Part shown: positions 48,438-57,880 of the stretch, piece after piece
Layout of the letters: each line of letters opens with the position of its first letter
Position numbering within the stretch: the first letter of the stretch is position 1
Assembly (NCBI GenBank): GCA_963674945.2
Contig: CAXXWQ010000004.1
Location: forward strand, 2,528,001-2,592,000
From: an uncultured Desulfosarcina sp.
Lineage (GTDB): Bacteria; Desulfobacterota; Desulfobacteria; Desulfobacterales; Desulfosarcinaceae
Reading direction: 5' to 3'
Length of the DNA stretch: 64,000 nucleotides
Position numbers and translations under genes: made by a program
The notes under the pieces: generated by a model
What the model saw: the letters and a program-made list of their open reading frames with translations, nothing else
The model's database searches: none
Told to the model about the DNA's origin: nothing

Positions 48438-51400
48438 CTATTTCAGACTAAATACCACCTGCCCTTTATTGCCTCCGTCATCCGCTTTCGAATCCGACAC
48501 CTTGGAGGCCACGATGAAGATGCGATTGCGATCCACCTGCCCCGTTTCCATCAGGTAGCTCTTGGCGGCAAGGGCCCGGGCATTGGCCAGCTTTCGAAAA
48601 TCGTCTTCGGTGACCTCGGTGTGGGTACGCAAAAGCAGCTCCACGGTTTCGGGTGTCGGTTCCACGGGTTTGCCCTTCTCGTCCTTGGGCAGGGGGATAC
48701 CGGATTCTTCAAATACGGCCGACAACAGTTCCGGCCGCTCCGCTTCATCCACGACGATCTCGTCCAGGGGGACGGCTCCCTTTCCCGATTTCATGATCCG
48801 TTGGAGCTTTTTCGCCTTGAGGCTGTTTTCCAATAGTCTTGCGCGCAGGGCATCCCGGTCCGCCTCCAGCACCGCCGTGCCCCGGACGTCCAGGTTCAAT
48901 CCCGGCCGTTCGTACAGCACCGTTGCCAGTTTATCCATCTTTTCGGCGTTTTCCGGCCCGATCTCACTCTCTCCGGCATCGAAATCCAGATAGCTCAACT
49001 CTTCGCCGCCGTCGACCAAAGCGCCCAAGGCGGCAAAGGGAGAGGTGACAATCTTCACGATGAGGTTTTTTAAGACGGTCACCACCGCCTTACCCACCCT
49101 GAATTCCGGATCGTCCACATTACCGCTCACCGGCAGGTCCAGATTGATGTTGCCCTCACGATCCTTTAACAGGGCAATGGCCAGCTTGATGGGAAGATTT
49201 ACTGCATCGATGCTCTCCACCGAATCACCCAGGGTGAGCTGCTGGATGGCGATGCTGTTTTTGCCCTCCAGCTTCCCCTCCTCCATCAGGTACTCTACAT
49301 TGAAGGTCAATTTTCCCTTTTCGACGATATACCCCATGTATTTTCCCGAATAGGGTGAAAAGGGACTCAGTTCGATGTCTGAGATGGTAAGGTTCAGATC
49401 CACGTACGGATTTTCGATCAACGGATTGATCTGACCGGTGATCCTGACAGGCGCATGGTTGGACCACATGCCCTCCAGGAGCACATCGGCCCTTTTTTCC
49501 CGGATGGATTCCAGCCCGGATACACGACCGGCCAGGTCGTGAAATTTGGCATTGAAGTTGGGTTTGATGAGTCGATCGGAAAAATCGATGGTCCCGCCGC
49601 TGACGGTGACTCGGGAGATTCGGATCGGCGTTGATTCGGCATCCGAGGCCGGTTTTTCTTCCGGCAAATCCGTCTTTTCGTCACTGTTGGGCGAGGTATT
49701 GGTCCCGGCGTCGGATCCGCTGAACATGGAGACCAGATTGACGCTGCCATCCGGAGAGACGATCACCCGGGCGAAAAAATTCGAAAGGGAAACCTGATCG
49801 ATGGACAGTCGGGTAGGATTGATGCCTAATTGGAGATTGTCCAGGGCCAGCGACTCCCAATTGAGAAAATCGTTGGCATTCGCCTTATCGATGGAGGCGA
49901 ACCGGTTGAGGCCGATCTTGCCGTCGTAAGTGATGGTTGGCGCGTGCCCGTCGGCACCGGACAATTTCAGGCGTCCCTGGGTTCCGGCAAAGCCTTTGGT
50001 GACGATGATGCCCGCCTGCTCGGAGAGGTAGGGCTGGAAGGGACGAACGTCCAATTGATCCAGATCTACCGCCATATCCAGCGAAAGGGGTGATATGGTG
50101 ACATCACCGCCCATGTGGATCGTGCCCGATTGCTCCCATCGCATGGAGAGATCGGCCTTTCCTTTTCTATTCTTTGCCGTGGAAAGATCCGAAGCGGTCA
50201 CTGCGATCTGGTCCACCCTGAACTTTACCGGATCCATGGGCACACGATCCTCCACGTCTACGACCACATCAGCAATCTTCAGGGCAGCGAGATTCACGAC
50301 AAATGGCGAGGTGGTTTCATCGGCGTTGCGGGGCTCCTCTTCCTGTTTGGCCGTCGCATCCGGCTCTGCCGCCGCTGAAGGAGCGGCAGGGGTAAAGGCC
50401 CTGGCCAGATTCAAAGTGCCGTCCTTTTCCCGTCGACAGACCAGTTGTGCCCGGTCCAGGTCGACGCGGCCCAAAGTCAATTCTCGCCGGCTCGAATCAA
50501 AAGTGGTGTCGGCGACCTGGAACCGGTCCAACTGAACCAGCGGGTCGTCGTCGTCTTCGTCCACCACCTTCAGCTTTTCTACCAAAAGGTGCATATCGGC
50601 CACTTGAACCCATGGTGCCCCCTCTTTCTCGCTAAGGCGGTATGCGCCGCCCAGTGACACGCTTCCCTCTGCGGCCCTGAATTCGAACATGTCCTTATAG
50701 TAGGGAAAGTAGCGGGACGCGTTGGCACTCGAAACGTCGATCTCACCGGTCACGACCAACGGCGAAATGGAGGCGGTACCGGACAGCGCCATTGACTCGT
50801 CGGCTTCGGTTTTTAACGATAGCCGGTACTTGGCGGTGCGATCGACGTTGAGACCGAAATTCTCCAGCGCCACATCCAGGTCGTCGACGGTGGTAGTGAA
50901 AGGCTCGCTGTTGGCCAGATCCGTGTAGTGAACGACGCCGTCGGCAAAGGAGAATTGATCGACGGTAACCCTGAGCTCGAAATCACCGGTTTCGTCCCCG
51001 GCGGATTTCTCCTCTGCCTTGTCATAGGCGCGCACCGTCAAAAATGGAAGGTAGAGTGATCCCGTAGGGAGCCGTTTGAGGAAGTACTCCGGTGCCTTGG
51101 TCTCCACATGGGCCAGCCGCAGTTCACCGGTAAGGACCTTTGACGGCAGAAAATCAACGGCTAACAGAGGATTATTGACGAAGGGATCACCTTTGCCGTC
51201 GGCCAGTCTCACATCTTCGAGGGTGATGGGTCCTGCCACCACCAGCTCGGGCCGGTCGTCGCTTCCCATGCGAAAATCGATCTCGGCTTCCGCTTCCACG
51301 ACCGAAGATTCGATCTTCAGATTCTCGGGTAACGGAATATAGGGAAGATAGTGGACAATGCTTAACTGGGAGATGTCAATTTCCACTTCCGTTTGCCGGG

Positions 51401-52064
51401 AGGGATCGAAGGGGCGGGCCTTTCCGGATACCGAGAGGATGGCGCCGTTGATCTTGGCGTCGACGTCGATAAGGGAAAAGAAAGCCGCATCTTTCTTCCG
51501 GGTGGAGAAGTCCGACAGGTGCAGGTGCAGGTCCTCGATCCGGTGGTCCACCGATACGACCCGGTCGTCCATGGCAATGCGGCCGCTATCGATGCGAAGG
51601 TCGTAAATGGCAATGCCAAACCCGCCGTCATCGGCCGGTTTTTCTTCCACCACGGGCTCGGTTTCCTCGGTCTTTCCGATATCAGAGAAGTTGAAGGTGG
51701 CCTCGCCGGTGCGCACCAGCCGGATGTCGGGACTGACCAGCCGCACGGATTTGAGCACCAGGGCCCACTTGAAAAGAGAAAAAGTCTGCACATTGGCGTA
51801 GGCTTCGTCCAGATGGACGAAGGGCTTGTCGTCCGTTTCCCGAATATCCACGTCCCGCAGTGTGACGGAGAGGGTGATGGGATTGACCCGCACCGCTCCT
51901 ACCGCAATCTTGCGGCCAATGGCCTCGGCCACCTGTTTTTCGACAATGCCGTCCACGACAAAGGGTGCCGCGAGAAAGCCGAAAAGGAGATAGAGTACAA
52001 AGATAGCGATAATGACGATGACGATCTTCTTCTGCCGAACCGTCAAATCTCCTGTTTTTATCAT
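48438..52064 (-). CDS. DUF748 (AsmA-like) protein with OmpA-like C-terminus
   Basis: N-terminal TM, repeated beta-rich DUF748 segments, LPIKLAIALLKDREG.I.LDLPVSG and LYERPGL motifs. Confidence 0.88.
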   Translation of the reverse strand: MIKTGDLTVRQKKIVIVIIAIFVLYLLFGFLAAPFVVDGIVEKQVAEAIGRKIAVGAVRVNPITLSVTLRDVDIRETDDKPFVHLDEAYANVQTFSLFKWALVLKSVRLVSPDIRLVRTGEATFNFSDIGKTEETEPVVEEKPADDGGFGIAIYDLRIDSGRIAMDDRVVSVDHRIEDLHLHLSDFSTRKKDAAFFSLIDVDAKINGAILSVSGKARPFDPSRQTEVEIDISQLSIVHYLPYIPLPENLKIESSVVEAEAEIDFRMGSDDRPELVVAGPITLEDVRLADGKGDPFVNNPLLAVDFLPSKVLTGELRLAHVETKAPEYFLKRLPTGSLYLPFLTVRAYDKAEEKSAGDETGDFELRVTVDQFSFADGVVHYTDLANSEPFTTTVDDLDVALENFGLNVDRTAKYRLSLKTEADESMALSGTASISPLVVTGEIDVSSANASRYFPYYKDMFEFRAAEGSVSLGGAYRLSEKEGAPWVQVADMHLLVEKLKVVDEDDDDPLVQLDRFQVADTTFDSSRRELTLGRVDLDRAQLVCRREKDGTLNLARAFTPAAPSAAAEPDATAKQEEEPRNADETTSPFVVNLAALKIADVVVDVEDRVPMDPVKFRVDQIAVTASDLSTAKNRKGKADLSMRWEQSGTIHMGGDVTISPLSLDMAVDLDQLDVRPFQPYLSEQAGIIVTKGFAGTQGRLKLSGADGHAPTITYDGKIGLNRFASIDKANANDFLNWESLALDNLQLGINPTRLSIDQVSLSNFFARVIVSPDGSVNLVSMFSGSDAGTNTSPNSDEKTDLPEEKPASDAESTPIRISRVTVSGGTIDFSDRLIKPNFNAKFHDLAGRVSGLESIREKRADVLLEGMWSNHAPVRITGQINPLIENPYVDLNLTISDIELSPFSPYSGKYMGYIVEKGKLTFNVEYLMEEGKLEGKNSIAIQQLTLGDSVESIDAVNLPIKLAIALLKDREGNINLDLPVSGNVDDPEFRVGKAVVTVLKNLIVKIVTSPFAALGALVDGGEELSYLDFDAGESEIGPENAEKMDKLATVLYERPGLNLDVRGTAVLEADRDALRARLLENSLKAKKLQRIMKSGKGAVPLDEIVVDEAERPELLSAVFEESGIPLPKDEKGKPVEPTPETVELLLRTHTEVTEDDFRKLANARALAAKSYLMETGQVDRNRIFIVASKVSDSKADDGGNKGQVVFSLK

Positions 52065-52092
52065 TGGTTTGTGTCCATTCCTGGATGGGCAT

Positions 52093-53175
52093 CTACAGGG
52101 CCTCGGCGATTGCCGCCATCGCCCGTCTGACCAGTTCCATATCCGCCTGGGTGCCCATATGCCCGATACGAAACACCTTATCGGTCAGTGGTCCGTAACT
52201 GCCGGCCACCACCAGGCCCTGCGCCCGAAGGCGCCGGTCCCAGGTCTCCCAGCCGTATTTTACCGGCACTTTGGCCGCCGTCACCGTGGGTGAAGAGATG
52301 GCCCCCTTGGCGGGAAACAGTTCGATGTCCATTTCCACCAGACTCCGCCGGCAAAAGCGGGCTACCTTGTTGTGGCGGTTGAAACTCTTTTCCAGCCCTT
52401 CGGCAAGCAGCATTCGGGCCGCCGTATGAAGCGCTGCGACGCCCTGCCAGCTGGGAGTATAAGGAAAATATCGGTGGGCCACGGCATTTTGAAACGGCTT
52501 CAAGGCGTCGTATCCCACATAATCCACTGCATCGATGATCTCCCACGCCTTGGGGCTGACCGACAGGAAACACATGTCCGGCGGCGCACTAAGGCATTTT
52601 TGCGCCCCCCCCAAACACAAGTCGATGTGCCAGTCGTCGGCCAGCACGGGGACGCCGCCGGCACTGGCCACCGCATCCACGTAAAACAACGGGATTCGGT
52701 AGGCGTTCTTCAACCGTCCCAGCTCTTCCAGGGGGTTGAGGGTTCCCGACGGTGTCTCGCAGTGCACGGCGGTGATCATTCGGGGTTTGAATTCGGCGAT
52801 GGCCGCCTCGATGCGTGCCATGTCGTTGATGGTCTCGTCGTAGCTGAAGCCGACGGTCTTGACGTCCGCCCCCAGATGCTGCGCCATCTCGCCGATACCG
52901 TATCCGAACACCCCCGTCGCCACGGCCAGCACCCGATCACCGGGCACAAGGCAGCTTTTCAGGGCACTCCATAAAGCCAGCATTCCCTCACCGGACATGA
53001 TCACGATGTCATCCCGTGTGCAGAAAACCGATTTGAGAAGGCGTTGTGTATGGGTGTAGAGATCGAAGAATTCCGCTTCCAGGTCGCCGGAGCCATATGG
53101 TTCCAGATAGACCTTTCGGATCTCTTCGGGTACCACAACCGGACCGGGTACCATGGGAATGGGATAGGTTTCCAT
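52093..53175 (-). CDS. Class V aminotransferase (alanine-glyoxylate/serine-pyruvate family)
   Basis: MVPGP, HCETPSG, VDAVAS, GAQKCL and FRIGHMG motifs. Confidence 0.92.
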   Translation of the reverse strand: METYPIPMVPGPVVVPEEIRKVYLEPYGSGDLEAEFFDLYTHTQRLLKSVFCTRDDIVIMSGEGMLALWSALKSCLVPGDRVLAVATGVFGYGIGEMAQHLGADVKTVGFSYDETINDMARIEAAIAEFKPRMITAVHCETPSGTLNPLEELGRLKNAYRIPLFYVDAVASAGGVPVLADDWHIDLCLGGAQKCLSAPPDMCFLSVSPKAWEIIDAVDYVGYDALKPFQNAVAHRYFPYTPSWQGVAALHTAARMLLAEGLEKSFNRHNKVARFCRRSLVEMDIELFPAKGAISSPTVTAAKVPVKYGWETWDRRLRAQGLVVAGSYGPLTDKVFRIGHMGTQADMELVRRAMAAIAEAL

Positions 53176-53187
53176 GAAATTCCCTCC

Positions 53188-53871
53188 TTATACCTGTATG
53201 CCGCGGATCTTCTTTAACAGGGGTTGAATCCGCTCTCGGTGTTCTGGTGGAATCATTAGCACAAACACCGGCTGATTGGCCACGAGACCGGCCGGCGGTG
53301 CCGGAAGCCGGCCGTCAATGTAGGCGTTTCGGTTCTCTTCGGATTCGAGAAAGGAAAGCACGTCGACAAAATTGCCCGTATAGCCTTTGGCGTCGATGTG
53401 TTCGATATGCTGCATAAATACGTCATTTACCGTAAGGATGAACGGATCCATGTCGGCAAAACCGGTCTTGCCGCAATTTTGGGCGGAAACCATGCACCGA
53501 CAGCCAAAAGGACGGACCCCGTAGAAGGGGCAGGCACCTTCGGTGAGTATTGGACAGGAACCGGCATCGGGGTTCATCTGTTCTTCGGGCGGATCGCCGC
53601 CGCGGGCACAGATGTCCGCCATGCGATTGATGGAGACCTCGGGCACGAATCGATCCGCAGGTGCATTCTTGTGAAGATTCATCAAACAGTTTGTATTATC
53701 GGTCTGGGAAAGATGGGAAACGATCCGATATCCTTCCAGGGTGGTCATGGTCATATTGGCCGTGCAGCAATGGGCGCAGTACTTTTCACAGGCCAGATCG
53801 AATTCGGCTGTGAACTGGTCGTAGATCTCCATCATGCGGTCGTATACGGTCAGTTTGGTGCGTAGTTCCAT
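53188..53871 (-). CDS. YkgJ-like CxxxCxxCC cysteine cluster protein
   Basis: CEKYCAHCC and CPIL...CPFYGVRPFGCR motifs. Start placed at ATG 53871 because the longer ORF runs into the repeat element. Confidence 0.8.
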   Translation of the reverse strand: MELRTKLTVYDRMMEIYDQFTAEFDLACEKYCAHCCTANMTMTTLEGYRIVSHLSQTDNTNCLMNLHKNAPADRFVPEVSINRMADICARGGDPPEEQMNPDAGSCPILTEGACPFYGVRPFGCRCMVSAQNCGKTGFADMDPFILTVNDVFMQHIEHIDAKGYTGNFVDVLSFLESEENRNAYIDGRLPAPPAGLVANQPVFVLMIPPEHRERIQPLLKKIRGIQV

Positions 53872-53904
53872 ATAAGTCTTCGACTTTCCATTGGATAAAA
53901 GTGT

Positions 53905-54025
53905 CGGCTTCGTAAAAAGTCCGATATCTGCGTTACGCGTCACCCCTCGTCACTGCGACGTATCCAACCATACGTCTCATTCCTCGGAGTTCGCAAGCCT
54001 TGATCTCGAACTTTTTACGAAGCCG
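53905..54025. mobile_element. MITE/REP-like element, copy 2
   Basis: Perfect 16-bp inverted ends CGGCTTCGTAAAAAGT and ACTTTTTACGAAGCCG; interior homologous to 551-673. Confidence 0.8.
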
Positions 54026-54333
54026 CCCGAAGTCCAAATTGCTACGAGTTCATCAAAAGTGAATCATAATGTCATTCCCGGTTGTGTCCTTCCGGAAATT
54101 GGTCATTTCTGGGTCGGCACGTAATTTTTTTCCGCGCCCCCTTATACCCTAATCCATCACCTTTTTCCAGCGACCTTGACAACCCGTTGTCCTGACGGTA
54201 GGAAAGAGGGCGTCGGTAGTATTTTCGATCCTACCTGAATGCAGGCACGCTGGAAGCAGGCACACCAACATTGTAACAATTTGTTATTTTTTATAAAACC
54301 GACCAACATAGAATATGTATAGGAAGGGGGTCC

Positions 54334-55440
54334 ATGACGAGCAAAGTCTATTTCATCGATATGCGCGCCACGGTCAAGGAAAGCTTTATCCAGAAAATCG
54401 GACGGCTCATGGAGATCGCCGGCATCGCCAATGCCGTCGGCGACCGGGACTTGACGGCGGTAAAGATCCACTTCGGAGAGTTGGGCAACGCCGCCTTCAT
54501 CCGTCCCGTGTACATTCGAAAGGTAGTGGAGGTGGTCAAACAGGCGGGGGGCTCGCCCTTTCTTACCGATGCCAATACATTGTATGCCGGCACCCGCAGC
54601 GATGCGCCCAACCACCTGCGGACGGCCATCGCCAACGGCTTCGACTTTTCCGTGGTCCAGGCGCCCCTCGTCATCGCGGACGGCCTGCGGGGAAAGAGTG
54701 AAACGGCCGTGCCCATCAATCAGAAACGATTCGAATCGGTTTACATCGGTCAGGAGATCGTGGAGGCGGACGCCCTTGTGTCGGTGGCCCACTTCAAGGG
54801 CCATGAGCTCTCCGGCTTCGGGGGCACCATCAAAAACCTGGGAATGGGATGCGCCTCCCGAAAAGGCAAGCTTGCCCAGCATTCGTCCCTGTCGCCGAAG
54901 ATTTCCGGCGAACAGTGTATCGGCTGCGGCGATTGCCAGGATCACTGTTCCCAGAAGGCCATCTCCCTAGTGGATGAAAAGGCACGGATCGACGAAGAAA
55001 AGTGCATCGGTTGCGGCGAGTGTATCCTCGTGTGTCCCAACGAGGCGATTTCCATCCAGTGGAATCAATCCGTCCCGGTATTTCTCGAAAACATGGTGGA
55101 GTATACCATGGGAGTATTGGCGGGAAAGGAAAAGAAGTCGTTCTACCTCAATTTCATCACGGACGTTTCCCCGGCCTGCGACTGCTTTCCGGCCAACGAT
55201 GCGCCCATCGTGAAAAACATCGGCGTGGTGGCATCCACCGATCCGGTCGCCATCGACCAGGCCTCCGTGGACCTGGTCAATGCAGAACCCGCCCTGGAAG
55301 GCACCCAACTAACCACCAATACCGCCCCCGGTGAAGATAAATTCAAAGGAATTTATCCCCAAGTGGATTGGGAAATCCAGCTGGACTACGCCGAAAAACT
55401 GGGACTGGGCAGCCGCGCCTACGAGTTGGTCAAATTGTAA
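54334..55440 (+). CDS. DUF362 domain protein with two 4Fe-4S ferredoxin motifs
   Basis: KIHFGE, HFKGH, KNLGMGCA, CIGCGDC and CIGCGEC..CP motifs. Confidence 0.92.
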   Translation: MTSKVYFIDMRATVKESFIQKIGRLMEIAGIANAVGDRDLTAVKIHFGELGNAAFIRPVYIRKVVEVVKQAGGSPFLTDANTLYAGTRSDAPNHLRTAIANGFDFSVVQAPLVIADGLRGKSETAVPINQKRFESVYIGQEIVEADALVSVAHFKGHELSGFGGTIKNLGMGCASRKGKLAQHSSLSPKISGEQCIGCGDCQDHCSQKAISLVDEKARIDEEKCIGCGECILVCPNEAISIQWNQSVPVFLENMVEYTMGVLAGKEKKSFYLNFITDVSPACDCFPANDAPIVKNIGVVASTDPVAIDQASVDLVNAEPALEGTQLTTNTAPGEDKFKGIYPQVDWEIQLDYAEKLGLGSRAYELVKL

Positions 55441-55441
55441 C

Positions 55442-55747
55442 GTGCTCGGGACTGCCGCTCACATCGCCTCGCATATCCTGGTGCCGGGTGTCGTCGCCCG
55501 TATAGGATTCCCCCGGCACTGGAAAAAGGCCTGGGCAGTAATGGCAGCCACCATGGTTGTCGATGTCGACCACCTGCTGGCAACACCGGTCTTCGATCCG
55601 GATCGCTGCAGTCTCGGTTTTCATCCATTGCACACCTGGCCCGCCATCGCGGGCTATCTCCTGATGACACGTTTCCCCAGGACCCGGTGGATCGCCCTGG
55701 GACTGCTCATTCACATGGCGTTGGACGGACTGAATTGCCTCGTATAG
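55442..55747 (+). CDS. DUF6122-like membrane protein
   Basis: DVDHLLA.PVFDP.RCS.GFHPLH motif; GTG right after the upstream stop. Confidence 0.75.
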   Translation: MLGTAAHIASHILVPGVVARIGFPRHWKKAWAVMAATMVVDVDHLLATPVFDPDRCSLGFHPLHTWPAIAGYLLMTRFPRTRWIALGLLIHMALDGLNCLV

Positions 55748-55896
55748 GATCTGTGATCCGGTCGTGGCGGCATGATCGGGCCAGCCGTAGTTGACAGAAA
55801 CAATATCAGCAGATGGGGATCGTAAAGGCTCCCGGTTTCATGGCATAAGGAGTAAGGATAGATCGTGGTAAAACCCGACGACGGGTTGTCGCGTCA

Positions 55897-56361
55897 TTAG
55901 AGAAAAATATCTCGAAGAAATGCCTGCTTCGGTTTATTCGGATCCACAACGATCTGTACATATTTGCCGGACGAAATGTTTTCGGAAGAAAGCACATAGC
56001 GACGCTTTTTATACGACCGGCCCTGATATACGTATGAAAAGGTTACCCGGCTGTTAAGGGAAAGCCCCCGCCTTTTGTTATTTTTGATGGATTCGCACTT
56101 TCCCCGGACGTTCGCTCCCCGTTCAAATACGGCACGGATCAGACGAATTCGACAAACCAGCAATACCATGCAGGTCCCTGCCGCGCCACCTGCCGAAAGT
56201 AGAATAAAGTACCAGGTTTCTGGATTTGCTTCCGTTTGTGTTGCGTCAAATAACTTTTCGTATCCAACGACGGCACCGATGAGAATGGAAAAAATGGTGC
56301 AAAGAAAACAAAAATAATCCGCGAAGATAATTTTAAAAGGGGATGGTGTTTTGTTTATCAT
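55897..56361 (-). CDS. Two-TM membrane protein with OB-like C-terminus (DUF3592-like)
   Basis: Two hydrophobic helices, VTFSYVYQG and IVVDPNKP motifs. Confidence 0.6.
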   Translation of the reverse strand: MINKTPSPFKIIFADYFCFLCTIFSILIGAVVGYEKLFDATQTEANPETWYFILLSAGGAAGTCMVLLVCRIRLIRAVFERGANVRGKCESIKNNKRRGLSLNSRVTFSYVYQGRSYKKRRYVLSSENISSGKYVQIVVDPNKPKQAFLRDIFL

Positions 56362-56677
56362 GGTCAGCTGCGCTTCGGGAAAATGGAATCGAATTATCCC
56401 GTGTATGTGATGCGGCCTCGTCCCGAATATATCTATAGTATTGAAAATCGTTGTCAATCAATTTGGCGGCCATCAATTTAATTTTGCATAACGATTTGAA
56501 ATAGCGTAAATACTTTACATCTCAAAAAGAAACAATGTCAGTATATCAGAAAATGTCCCGAACGATGATGGAAAACCGATTTATCAAAAACTCGGTTTTC
56601 TCTCATCTCCAGATCCAATGAGGTTATTTATTCTGAAATAAATGGCATTTCCCTTAAGGCTCAATTGGTAAACGACT

Positions 56678-57880
56678 ATGACAAGAACGAATCAGATGTT
56701 TTCCGATCGCATAACGGATGTTCCACGTTCCTTCATACGCGAGATCTTGAAAGTAACACTCGATTCAAGCGTGATCTCCTTTGCCGGCGGTTTGCCGAAC
56801 CGTCAGTTGTTTCCCGTTGACAGACTCAAAGAGGCGACGTGCAAGGTCTTCGAAACCCACGGCAGGGACGTCTTGCAATATGCCAACTCGGAAGGACATG
56901 CCGGACTCAGAGAGTACATATCGGCTCGTTACAAAGAGAAGGCGAACCTGAATGTACCGGCAGACAACATTTTGATCACCAACGGATCGCAGCAAGGTCT
57001 GGATTTGCTTGGAAAGACGATCTTAAATGACAATGATGCGGTTGTAATCGAAGAGCCCGGATACCTTGGCGCAATCCAGGCGTTCTCTCTTTATCGGCCA
57101 ACGTTCCTGCCTGTTCCGGTTTCCCTCGCGGGAATGGATCCCGATGTATTGGAAACGGTATTGTCCGACAACCGCCCCAAGCTGATCTATTCCGTACCGA
57201 ACTTCCAGAACCCATCCGGAATTTCCTATTCCGAGCAGAACAGGAGGGATCTGGCAAAGATACTTGAGAGGACCGACACGATCCTGATTGAGGATGATCC
57301 ATATGGAGAATTGAGATTCTCTGGCGTTGCAAAGCCATCTTTCAAAGCGCTCTTGCCTGAAAACACAGTCTTGCTGGGGTCATTTTCAAAGAGTCTGGTT
57401 CCGGGGTTCCGGCTCGGGTGGATTGTTGCCCGATCGGAATTAATGCAGAAATTGATCACTGCAAAGCAGGCGACAGACCTCCACACAAGCCATTTTACGC
57501 AGGGTATCGTTTGTCAGTTTCTTCAGGACAATGATGCGGATGAACACATCCGGATGATTCGAGACGTCTATGGTCAGCAGTGCAACGCCATGATAAGCAG
57601 CATACAGAGGTTCTTTCCTCCCGAAGTTACCTATACGCAACCTGAAGGAGGGATGTTTCTCTGGGCTGAATTGCCCCATGGCATGGTGGCCGCAGATTTG
57701 TTCGAACTTGCGGTCGAGGATAAAGTCGTATTTGTTCCGGGTGATCCCTTTTATGTTCGTGGCAAAGGACACAATACCCTTCGGCTCAATTTTTCTTGCT
57801 CTGACGTGGATACTATCGAGGTAGGGATTGAACGACTCGGCAAGGCCATTGGTAAGTTAATTGAGAGAAAGAATGTTTGA
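56678..57880 (+). CDS. PLP-dependent class I/II aminotransferase (LysN/Aro8-like)
   Basis: ISFAGGLP, NGSQQGL, FQNPSG, EDDPY and SFSK..PGFRLGW motifs. Confidence 0.94.
   Translation: MTRTNQMFSDRITDVPRSFIREILKVTLDSSVISFAGGLPNRQLFPVDRLKEATCKVFETHGRDVLQYANSEGHAGLREYISARYKEKANLNVPADNILITNGSQQGLDLLGKTILNDNDAVVIEEPGYLGAIQAFSLYRPTFLPVPVSLAGMDPDVLETVLSDNRPKLIYSVPNFQNPSGISYSEQNRRDLAKILERTDTILIEDDPYGELRFSGVAKPSFKALLPENTVLLGSFSKSLVPGFRLGWIVARSELMQKLITAKQATDLHTSHFTQGIVCQFLQDNDADEHIRMIRDVYGQQCNAMISSIQRFFPPEVTYTQPEGGMFLWAELPHGMVAADLFELAVEDKVVFVPGDPFYVRGKGHNTLRLNFSCSDVDTIEVGIERLGKAIGKLIERKNV

Noticed and set aside
53891..54124. 77-aa ORF MDKSVGFVKSPISALR... and the 5' extension of the YkgJ-like ORF
   Set aside because: These are translations of the repeat element.
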